A stretch of DNA of 32,000 nt from Promethearchaeota archaeon (GTDB taxonomy: Archaea; Asgardarchaeota; Lokiarchaeia; Sigyniarchaeales; SOKP01), in NCBI GenBank assembly GCA_030606485.1, contig JAUWGH010000001.1:240001-272000 (forward strand). Reading direction: 5' to 3'. The notes under the pieces are model-generated. The model did not search any database. It was not told where the DNA came from and saw only the letters and a list, made by a program, of their open reading frames with translations. Of the stretch, positions 8,819-16,910 are shown one piece after another (within the stretch, counting starts at the first letter, position 1; every line of letters starts with the position of its first letter). A program made the position numbers and the translations under genes.

Positions 8819-10444
8819 TTACCGAGAGATTTTTCGCTTTCTAATTAATATAAATGAAACTAACACAACTAGACCAATCGCCATTATTGTTAAAATCACA
8901 TAGAAAACCAAAATTGTGTTGCCTGAACTAGTAACTTCGAAAATAGTAATGCCATCTTCGTTCTTAACGACAAATGAAGTTTGCGTTCCTAGAGATCCGT
9001 AAGTCACTTCGACAGAGTACTTAGTTTCGCCAAGACGGTCCATTATGAGCGTATTTTCATTAACAGTTGCATTTTCACAACCGAGCTCGTTAACAAGAGT
9101 TGTTAAGTAAGTGTCAAAAGGATTAGCTGTGCCAAGTCCACTTATTACAAGTTGCCATATAAATTCGTCTGCCGTGAAGTTCGTAAACTCGTCCCTAATT
9201 ATTTCTGGTATGTCTGTATCGTTTTTAAGCACACCTATTAAATCGTTATAATCATCTAGGATTTTTTTGTAATCTTCTGGATTCTGAAATATAAAAATTC
9301 GAGACCATGTATCACTTGGTTCTTCTTCAATCTCTCCAATTGTGAAATTCCAAAACACCCGCAATCCATACCATAACTGAAAAGTATCTGTATAATTATT
9401 ATTGATTTCAGTTTCGTTGTACCCTAACTCTTCTATCGCCATTAACAAGAGAAAATCATCTTGAAGAAAAATACTTTTAATTACATCATACATCGTCCAT
9501 GAAATATCAACCCAACCTCGTGTCATGTATTTAGCTTGAGCGCCGACATTTAACGATTCTCCTTCAAACCAATCACTTGGCAAAGTTGAGACAATTTCCC
9601 AATTATTTATATTATCTCCGACAGTATATTCATCATCCCAAGAAAATCCGAGAGCATCAATATAATAAGAGTAATTTGTATCAGATCGGTTTGTAGCTAT
9701 ATAAAAACTGTTTAAATATTCTGCAGTGCCGTTAAAATTCAACACTCCTGAACTATTATTGTCCAAAATAATTTCCCATTGATTTGCTTCTAAACCTTGG
9801 TAGCTGTTATTTCCACATTCAAAATGAATTGTCATGTGATGCCAATCACCGTCGTATAGGAGTGTTATATTCGGTATACTGTAGTAAGTCCCATTCATAT
9901 AATATTGCCATCTCTTGACTCCAGTTACGTTTGCTTCGTAAACAATTGAGAATCTTTTATTTATAGTTGTGAAATTCACTTCATTTCCTTCAATATAGAA
10001 TTTATCAGAGCCACCACTATTGTTATATTTTATATAGAATTCAACTGATCCATGAGTTTGATTTTTTAAAAAGTAATAATTCATGTCAACACTATATTCG
10101 TCCACATCGCTGAATCTTAGTACTTGGGCGTGTCCATCTTCCTCTTCTTCAATTCTAGCAGTACAATTTCCATCTTCTCTTATCCATAAACCCATAGGGT
10201 TTTTGCCAATTTTGTCGTTTTCAAAATTATAGGTTGCATCATATAACTTCCATGTTCTTTGAACAGTTTTTATCCACTCACTGTTATCATATTGAGTTAC
10301 TGCAAAATATTCAGTTTCTTTTAATAAAGCAACTTGGTAACCTCCGTTAGCGGCAATAACAACTGAACTCATATCTACTAAGAGAATTCCCAGTAGTATA
10401 ATACAACTTATATTTACAATTGTTCTTTTTCTGATTCTTAGCAT
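8819..10444 (-). CDS. Membrane-anchored surface (glyco)protein with a beta-sandwich/ConA-like module
   Basis: N-terminal basic plus hydrophobic signal, C-terminal TM helix with an RKRK tail, about 19 N-x-S/T sequons, and a WHHMTIHFEC...YIDALGFSWD motif. Confidence 0.8.
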   Translation of the reverse strand: MLRIRKRTIVNISCIILLGILLVDMSSVVIAANGGYQVALLKETEYFAVTQYDNSEWIKTVQRTWKLYDATYNFENDKIGKNPMGLWIREDGNCTARIEEEEDGHAQVLRFSDVDEYSVDMNYYFLKNQTHGSVEFYIKYNNSGGSDKFYIEGNEVNFTTINKRFSIVYEANVTGVKRWQYYMNGTYYSIPNITLLYDGDWHHMTIHFECGNNSYQGLEANQWEIILDNNSSGVLNFNGTAEYLNSFYIATNRSDTNYSYYIDALGFSWDDEYTVGDNINNWEIVSTLPSDWFEGESLNVGAQAKYMTRGWVDISWTMYDVIKSIFLQDDFLLLMAIEELGYNETEINNNYTDTFQLWYGLRVFWNFTIGEIEEEPSDTWSRIFIFQNPEDYKKILDDYNDLIGVLKNDTDIPEIIRDEFTNFTADEFIWQLVISGLGTANPFDTYLTTLVNELGCENATVNENTLIMDRLGETKYSVEVTYGSLGTQTSFVVKNEDGITIFEVTSSGNTILVFYVILTIMAIGLVVLVSFILIRKRKISR

Positions 10445-10475
10445 TTAATAATCACCATTTTTTTTAAACATATTT

Positions 10476-11327
10476 CTATAATTGCCTCCGCTTGAATAGG
10501 TATGCTGCGAGAATAAAACCGATTGTTATGTACAGGAATAATACTAGGAGCCCCACTTCAATAGTTGGAGTCAACCATGTTCTAATAGTAAAGTTTTGAA
10601 TTGAAATCTCTGAATAATTAGGATCTGGAAACTCTATTAATAGAATCGATGTTATAAGGGTACTAATGTAGGACAAGGAGTATATCGGCTCAATCTCGGG
10701 TGCCAGCATCATTAAAAACATTTGTGATATGTTAAAACCTATAAAAAGAATCATAATAGTTGATACGATAGTTACACTTACGCTTCTCATGAAAGAACTG
10801 AAAAATGTTACAAAGCTACTCATAGCAATCATATATAAAAAGGCGAACACAAATGATATAAAATAACGAATTAATAAAGTGCCACTGAATTGGTCGTAAA
10901 AAAAGATACTCAGAAATCCTACAAGGAAGTAAAAAATTGCAATAACTCCAGTTTCGAGGAATAAGTTTCCCAAATACTTCCCTATAATTAATTTGTATTT
11001 GTTAATTTTCGGAAATACGATGTAACCCGTTTTATCGCTGAATTCAGCACATATGATCCCGGCAAAAAAAAAACACGACGCAAATAAGATAATAAAAGAT
11101 GTTAGGAAAATAAGTCCGCCACTTAAGTAATCAGAATGAGTGGTAGGTAAAAGACTATCCGAAAATAATGTGTACAAGATAAAGCTTTGGAGTACTACAA
11201 TAAATACTGAGATCACTAAGAAGCCGACAAATTTTTTCCATTGCTTTTTTAGCTCAAAAACGAATGTGTGAATAACCGGCTTTACTTCTAAATACGCAAA
11301 TTTTAATGCATCTTCAAGTTTTTCCAC
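10476..11327 (-). CDS. ABC-2 type transporter permease
   Basis: Six TM segments with ICAEFSDKTGYIVF..I.KYKLIIGKYLG. Lies 2 bp from the ATPase gene. Confidence 0.88.
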   Translation of the reverse strand: MEKLEDALKFAYLEVKPVIHTFVFELKKQWKKFVGFLVISVFIVVLQSFILYTLFSDSLLPTTHSDYLSGGLIFLTSFIILFASCFFFAGIICAEFSDKTGYIVFPKINKYKLIIGKYLGNLFLETGVIAIFYFLVGFLSIFFYDQFSGTLLIRYFISFVFAFLYMIAMSSFVTFFSSFMRSVSVTIVSTIMILFIGFNISQMFLMMLAPEIEPIYSLSYISTLITSILLIEFPDPNYSEISIQNFTIRTWLTPTIEVGLLVLFLYITIGFILAAYLFKRRQL

Positions 11328-11329
11328 TT

Positions 11330-12619
11330 TTAATTTACTCCCCCTTTTGTTAATTCTATTTCTACTTTATCTTCTGCGATCAATTTTGAATATATCTGTT
11401 CAAGTTGAGAACCCTTTTTTGGCTTTGAAAACGAAACAACCGTGAAGTCAGATTCGAATTCTTTAACTAAAATTTTTAATATTTCAGCTCTGGTTTGTTT
11501 GCTATCCGTAGTATCGTAAAATATTTTAAAACTTCGCTCCTGTGGGATGTATTTTATAGGGATTTTTGAGACAAATAGATCTAAATCTTTGTCTAAATAA
11601 GGTTCAAGTCTTTCAGTCAATTTTTTAATAATCGATCCGAGTTGGTCAGGAGAAATAGGATCCAATAATTTACAATTCAATCCTGATGTTCTTAAACCTC
11701 TTTCTAAGTTATCAATAGTATCGAACGCGATAATTACACCGAAGTTAATGAGTGCGATTTTATCGCACACTTCAGAGATTTCGGCCAACATGTGAGAAGC
11801 TACAAAAATTGTTTTCCCGTTTCTTTGAAATTCTTTAATCATTCTTCTTATATCGATACGCGCTAACGGATCCAAACCCGTCTGAGGTTCGTCTAGAATA
11901 ATAATTTCTGGATCGTGAATTATCGATTGAATCATTCCCAGCTTTTGAGTCATTCCTTTAGAAAAAGTTTTAACTTTTTCGTGTTTCCAATCAATTAAAT
12001 CGAATATTTTTAATAATTCGTCTATTCTATCGTTAATTTTTTCCCTCGGATATCTTTGAAGCAAAGCGCTATATTTTAATATTTGGTATGCAGTCATGTC
12101 TTTGTAAAATGCCGGAATATCAATGAGAAATCCTAATTTGACAAGATTTCGGGATTTTTTGTTAAGATCCTTTAGTTCACCTTGATTATCTCTTACCCAA
12201 ATTCTTCCAGATGAAGGTCTAAGTAATTTAGCAATCATTTTAATTATCGTGGTTTTTCCCGCTCCGTTTGGACCGACAAGTCCAATAACTTCGCCGCTGT
12301 GGACCTCGAAACTTACATTGTCAACTGCTAAATATTTACCAAAGTATTTAGTTAGATTTTCTAACTTTATCATAGTGTCATTTTCTTCATTTTCTGAAGT
12401 GCTAGTTCCTGTAGGTGTGTAAATAGATTTAATATCTTCCCTCGATTTTATTCCTTTATATGCGTGTTCTCTTAGTTTTTCTCGACCTTTCTTTTTCTTT
12501 CTTTTCTTGATTACAAAATAGACAATGATGATAACAATGATTATAATTACAATAATAAGGAATATTAAGAGAAAATTTTCTCCCCGAAATCCACCACCAG
12601 GTTTAACATGTCCCATCAT
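11330..12619 (-). CDS. ABC-2 type ATP-binding protein with an N-terminal TM anchor
   Basis: Walker A GPNGAGKTT, signature FSKGM, Walker B ILDEP and H-loop ASH. The 82-aa extension contains a 22-residue hydrophobic run followed by KKRKKKK. Confidence 0.92.
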   Translation of the reverse strand: MMGHVKPGGGFRGENFLLIFLIIVIIIIVIIIVYFVIKKRKKKKGREKLREHAYKGIKSREDIKSIYTPTGTSTSENEENDTMIKLENLTKYFGKYLAVDNVSFEVHSGEVIGLVGPNGAGKTTIIKMIAKLLRPSSGRIWVRDNQGELKDLNKKSRNLVKLGFLIDIPAFYKDMTAYQILKYSALLQRYPREKINDRIDELLKIFDLIDWKHEKVKTFSKGMTQKLGMIQSIIHDPEIIILDEPQTGLDPLARIDIRRMIKEFQRNGKTIFVASHMLAEISEVCDKIALINFGVIIAFDTIDNLERGLRTSGLNCKLLDPISPDQLGSIIKKLTERLEPYLDKDLDLFVSKIPIKYIPQERSFKIFYDTTDSKQTRAEILKILVKEFESDFTVVSFSKPKKGSQLEQIYSKLIAEDKVEIELTKGGVN

Positions 12620-12769
12620 CTTTATCCATCCCCTTTTTAAGAACTTTTGTGATTACTTTCATTTCTTGTTCCTCGATTCTTGGTTTAATATCAGAATTTC
12701 ATTCACTCTGTATTTTCGTATTAAATGTTTCATTTCGTTTTTTAATTTTTTATTTTTTGATTATAAATT

Positions 12770-12934
12770 TCAGTCTAAATTGCTGGTTGAAATTGATAAA
12801 AATATTGGTTTATTTTCTTTTCGTGGCCTTTCAAATGCGTCATCTCCCCATGGATACCATTTAACGGGATCTTTAGCGTGCTGAAGTAAATAAGGACTTT
12901 TCTCATTAATTAAATTATTAGCATAATTTTCCAT
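12770..12934 (-). pseudogene. yyaL: 5' remnant of a YyaL/SSP411 (DUF255 thioredoxin-domain) gene, 54 aa
   Basis: [54 protein letters not shown]. An AGAGGA SD is intact. Similarity stops just before GYSTCHWC. Confidence 0.9.
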
Positions 12935-12965
12935 TTATTATCCTCTTATGAAATTGCATCCTCTT

Positions 12966-13523
12966 TTAAGATTTATACTCATTAATATAACTAAATTTCT
13001 CTAATGGAATTCTTGGAGATCTACTTTTTTCACCCAATTTCATAAGTTCTGAAAGTAAAGGATTAATTTCCTTAGAATGTTTGCCAATAATTACTAAAGT
13101 GATTAATCTCATTTCTTCTGGGAGATCTAGAATTTTCTTAGCCTTCTTTTCATTATAGCCAGCAACTGGATGCGCAACTAACCCAAGTTCGGTAGCTCTT
13201 AAAATTATAAAAGCTGTAGCCAAGCCAGTATCAAAAAGATAATAAAATCTTTCTCTGATTATACAATCATTGTTAGGGTTGCTAAATACAGCAATTATCA
13301 GAGAAGCCTTTTCTACCCACTTATTTCCTGAAGTTAATGTAGTAAATAATTTATCTAACATATTCTTATCACGAATAAAAATAAATCTCCACGGTTGTTT
13401 GTTCATACAAAATGGAGCCATTTGTGCAGATTCTGCAAGATCTTGTATTATTTCATCAGAAATTTTAATAGGATCAAAAGATCTATAGTCTCTTCTTTTA
13501 TTTATTGCCTCTTTTACATCCAT
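12966..13523 (-). CDS. Nitroreductase family protein
   Basis: Motifs INKRRDYRSF, AQMAPFCMNKQPWRF and ILRATELGLVAHPVAG. GAGGT SD upstream. Confidence 0.92.
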   Translation of the reverse strand: MDVKEAINKRRDYRSFDPIKISDEIIQDLAESAQMAPFCMNKQPWRFIFIRDKNMLDKLFTTLTSGNKWVEKASLIIAVFSNPNNDCIIRERFYYLFDTGLATAFIILRATELGLVAHPVAGYNEKKAKKILDLPEEMRLITLVIIGKHSKEINPLLSELMKLGEKSRSPRIPLEKFSYINEYKS

Positions 13524-13560
13524 TTTAGGAACCTCTAAACTTATTTAATATAAAAATTAC

Positions 13561-13660
13561 TAATTTATAAATGTTTGCAGAAATGCAAAATATTTAAATA
13601 TGAAGAAGTTCTTATTTATGAATGTTTGCAAAAATGCAAACTATTTAAATATGAAAAATC
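13561..13660. promoter_or_regulatory. Tandem 51-bp palindromic bidirectional promoter/operator cassette, locus 2
   Basis: TTTGCA-GAAA-TGCAAA at 13574-13589 and GTTTGCA-AAAA-TGCAAAC at 13624-13641. Each is flanked by TATA-like boxes and they lie between divergent genes. Confidence 0.78.
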
Positions 13661-13718
13661 AATTATAAAGCGAATGGGAGCAATTTTTCTCAATTTTTTT
13701 GAGAAAATTGGATATGAT

Positions 13719-14309
13719 ATGAATAAATTTCAAAATAAAAAAATCCTATTCGATATACCAAAAATTTTTCAAAGTAATTTTCAAAGTAGATTAATTAATT
13801 CAATATTTGCTCCATTGGATACTGAAGTTGTTATATACATCCAACCAAAAAAAATGGAGGAAAAAAATCTCTTTAGAATATTTAAGAGAACTAAAGTCGA
13901 TTTGAAAATAATTGACGAAAATTTAAGTATTAAACCAAATTCTATGGATATTATTTTTATGTTTGGAGGGATTTTAAAAGAAGAGCTTCATTCTCGGCTT
14001 CTAAACTCAAGAGAATTTCTTAAGCAGGATGGAGTTATTTTTTTAATTATGAGAAGCAAAAATAAAGTAGAAAGACCGAGAGAATTTGGCGGATTCATGG
14101 AGGAGATCGTTCGAGATTTCCCAAAAAAACACCTTAACGCTTTTAGGGAGATTTTACCGCCTATGTTTTTGGAAAAGCCTTCAACTAAACCATTAAACCA
14201 CGAGCAAGTTCAAAAATTAATTTTAGAACTTTTTGAGGAGGTTCAGTTGTTTAAAGAACATATATTTTTGGATGTTTATGTTATTCAGAAGCTAAAGATA
14301 TCGTATTGA
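13719..14309 (+). CDS. Class I SAM-methyltransferase-like protein, degenerate (start revised from 13575)
   Basis: IKPNSMDIIFMF and LLNSREFLKQDGVIFLI resemble the C-terminal motifs of class I MTases, but no GxGxG motif I is present. The upstream extension in the ORF track is a translation of the promoter repeat. Confidence 0.6.
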   Translation: MNKFQNKKILFDIPKIFQSNFQSRLINSIFAPLDTEVVIYIQPKKMEEKNLFRIFKRTKVDLKIIDENLSIKPNSMDIIFMFGGILKEELHSRLLNSREFLKQDGVIFLIMRSKNKVERPREFGGFMEEIVRDFPKKHLNAFREILPPMFLEKPSTKPLNHEQVQKLILELFEEVQLFKEHIFLDVYVIQKLKISY

Positions 14310-14410
14310 GAGGTTTTAAAATATTACCAAAAAGAATAAATCATCCGTTCTATTAAAAAAAATATTTAAAGATAGTGTTAAAAGGAAGATAATAGATAAT
14401 TGATTAAGAC

Positions 14411-15760
14411 ATGACTGAAATTAAAAGCAATTCTGAAAATATTGTAGAAGTTAAAGACTTAGTTAAAATTTATAAAGATGGTAATGTAAAGGCTATAGAT
14501 AAAATTTCATTTACTGTTAAAAAGGGAGAGATTTTTGCGCTTCTAGGCCCTAATGGAGCTGGTAAAACAACAACGTTATCGGTCTTGGCGACTCTGCTAA
14601 ATGCAACAAAAGGTGCTACATTTGTAAATGGGTACAATGTTGCGAAGGATCCCGATAAAGTAAGGAAGAGTATAGGATTTGTCTTTCAAGAACCTTCAGT
14701 AGACGGTGAAATGAAAGGTTGGGAAAACCTTGAATTACACGCGGTTCTTTATGGAATGCCGAAGAAAGAAAGGCAAGTTAAAATACAAGAAGTATTGAAA
14801 ATTGTGGATCTTGAGGATAGAGCCAATACTTACGTAAAAAATTATTCTGGTGGGATGAAACGTCGCTTAGAAATTGCTCGAGGATTGATACACGAACCAA
14901 AGGTTTTATTTCTTGACGAACCTACTTTAGGTTTAGATCCTCAAACACGGCGTAAAATCTGGGAGAAAATAAAAGAATTAAATAAAGGAGATTTAAATAT
15001 GACTATCTTAATTACCACACACTATATGGATGAAGCAGATGAGCTTGCTGATAGAATATGCATAATGGATCACGGTAAAATAATTGTTATGGATACTTCG
15101 GAAAATCTAAAAAAACAATTATCCGGAGATGTAATAGATATACAATTTGAGAATGTTGACGATCAGTTTAAGTTTCCCATGATTATCAAGCAAATAAAAG
15201 AAATATCTGGAGTTAAAAATATTTCATTTGGAACCGCAGGAAGTGAGCAAGAAATAATACCTAAAATACAACTACCTCCAGGTATGCCTGCTACTGTTAC
15301 TCCTGAAATAATCCAAGCAAGAATGAGAGAAATTTTGTCTGATCCTAAAAAATTGTTAATGGCTTGGAAAAAGATGCCAATGGCAGCAAATATGTTTTTT
15401 AGTGCTCCATTAATCGCTAAGAAAAGGATTGCAGATATGTTTAACGACAAGCTTTTAGAAGAAGTTCCAGAAAATATAAAACAAGAGTTAATTAAAATAA
15501 AGAAAGGAGAATATCCAGAAGAAGAAGTGGATATCGAGCCATCCTTGTCGATCTCTTGCAAAAACGGTGGAAAGCAGTTACCTCTAATCATTCAAAAAAT
15601 AAATGAAAATAATTTAATCATAAAATCTGTAAATATGCATCAACCTACATTGGAAGATGTGTTCCTCCATTACGTTGGGAGCGCAATAAGGGAGGAATCT
15701 TCAAATCATACAAAAGATACTAAAAAGATGATTCAAATGAGGCAATTAAGGAAGCGATAA
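14411..15760 (+). CDS. DrrA-like ABC-2 exporter ATP-binding protein with a ~100-aa insertion
   Basis: Motifs GPNGAGKTT, YSGGM, FLDEPTLGLDP, TTHYMDEAD and C-terminal PTLEDVFL. Confidence 0.93.
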   Translation: MTEIKSNSENIVEVKDLVKIYKDGNVKAIDKISFTVKKGEIFALLGPNGAGKTTTLSVLATLLNATKGATFVNGYNVAKDPDKVRKSIGFVFQEPSVDGEMKGWENLELHAVLYGMPKKERQVKIQEVLKIVDLEDRANTYVKNYSGGMKRRLEIARGLIHEPKVLFLDEPTLGLDPQTRRKIWEKIKELNKGDLNMTILITTHYMDEADELADRICIMDHGKIIVMDTSENLKKQLSGDVIDIQFENVDDQFKFPMIIKQIKEISGVKNISFGTAGSEQEIIPKIQLPPGMPATVTPEIIQARMREILSDPKKLLMAWKKMPMAANMFFSAPLIAKKRIADMFNDKLLEEVPENIKQELIKIKKGEYPEEEVDIEPSLSISCKNGGKQLPLIIQKINENNLIIKSVNMHQPTLEDVFLHYVGSAIREESSNHTKDTKKMIQMRQLRKR

Positions 15761-15763
15761 TAA

Positions 15764-16564
15764 ATGTCAGAATTAAGTATTACGCAAACCAAAATAAATT
15801 ATAACGCGGTATGGGCACTGGCGAAAAGGGAGTTATTGGGATTCTGGAGAACTAAATCAAGGGTTATCTCATCAATAGCTCAGGGAATACTCTTCCTATT
15901 TGTTTTTGCGGGAGGATTTTCATCCCTTTCAATAACTATAGATGGAGTACCTGTTGATTCAAAAGCTTTTACTGCTTCGGGTATCGCAGCAATAGTTATT
16001 TTATTTACTGGTATATTTGGAGGCATGTCAATTTTTCGAGATAAGATGTTCGGGTTCATGAAAGAATTATTAGTAGCACCAGTTAGTCGAAGGACATTGA
16101 TGTTTGGTAGAACATTAGGAATATCTCTACAGACATTAATTCAAGTTTTAATAATGATTGGACTAAGTATAACATTCGGATATTATGGATACGACATAAA
16201 TTTAATTTGGCGTGTAATGTTAGTCTTACCCGTTGCTCTTTTAGCAAGTATGGGGATCGTTGGTGTAGGGCTAACGATCAGTACTCGTCTGAACGATATG
16301 CAGTCTTTCGGACTAATCCAAACATTTATCGTGATGCCTATGTTCTGGTTATCGGGGGCTTTATTCGCTTTCAATTCAGTACCACTTCCTATGCAGGTAA
16401 TAATGATGTGTAACCCTTTTACTTATAGCGTGGATCTATTTAGATTAATGTTGCTTGGAGTATCGTACTTTCCATTTTGGCTTGATCTAATAGTGATGGT
16501 AGTATTTGGAGCGATTCTAATATTAATTGGGGCAAGATCATTTAATAAGATGGAAGTAAGTTAA
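15764..16564 (+). CDS. ABC-2 type permease (DrrB-like)
   Basis: FRDKMFGFMKELLVAPVSR, MFWLSGALF and NPFTYSVDLFR motifs, six TM segments, 3 bp downstream of the ATPase. Confidence 0.92.
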   Translation: MSELSITQTKINYNAVWALAKRELLGFWRTKSRVISSIAQGILFLFVFAGGFSSLSITIDGVPVDSKAFTASGIAAIVILFTGIFGGMSIFRDKMFGFMKELLVAPVSRRTLMFGRTLGISLQTLIQVLIMIGLSITFGYYGYDINLIWRVMLVLPVALLASMGIVGVGLTISTRLNDMQSFGLIQTFIVMPMFWLSGALFAFNSVPLPMQVIMMCNPFTYSVDLFRLMLLGVSYFPFWLDLIVMVVFGAILILIGARSFNKMEVS

Positions 16565-16599
16565 GTAAACTAGCAATATAATAGAGAATTAGTAATAGT

Positions 16600-16746
16600 T
16601 TACAAAAATTTTTGCTTTAAGAGGGCGAGTAATTTATCTTTATCATCCCCCTCTGCATCTTTCGTGTTTTTCCTATTTGAGAAATATCTAGGGCAGAGTT
16701 CTTTTATCTCTTCTTCGTCTAGTTGCTTTACTTCTCGGTAGGTCAT
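16600..16746 (-). CDS. 48-aa micro-ORF, paralogue (possibly decayed) of 16911..17108
   Basis: MTYREVKQLDEEEIKELCPRYFSNRKNTKDAEGDDKDKLLALLKQKFL*. GGTGA SD directly upstream. Not in the ORF track. Confidence 0.5.
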   Translation of the reverse strand: MTYREVKQLDEEEIKELCPRYFSNRKNTKDAEGDDKDKLLALLKQKFL

Positions 16747-16910
16747 TCTTCACCTTTACCCCAAATATTATTACCCCTTATATGGAAGCGGTGCGCTTTT
16801 TACTAACCACAATCTAAAATACTCCCATATACTTTAGTTTTTTAGTAATATCGGTATTTAGTGTGGTTTTAATTTATTTCGGAGGAAGGAGTTTTACAAA
16901 AATAAAGGCA

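Noticed and set aside
12525-12884. Plus-strand ORFs 12525..12884 and 12649..12864
   Set aside because: Antisense to the ABC N-terminus and the yyaL remnant, which are far better supported.
13561-13660. Repeats at the strand switch as a replication origin or CRISPR array
   Set aside because: No ORB-like TCCA..GGA/G-string and no adjacent orc1/cdc6. There are only two units per locus, with no unique spacers and no cas genes.
13575-13718. N-terminal 17-aa repeat (LQKCKIFKYEEVLIYEC / LQKCKLFKYE) of the 244-aa ORF
   Set aside because: It is the translation of the 51-bp promoter repeat, which also occurs non-coding at 8331-8372. The ATG at 13719 is preferred.
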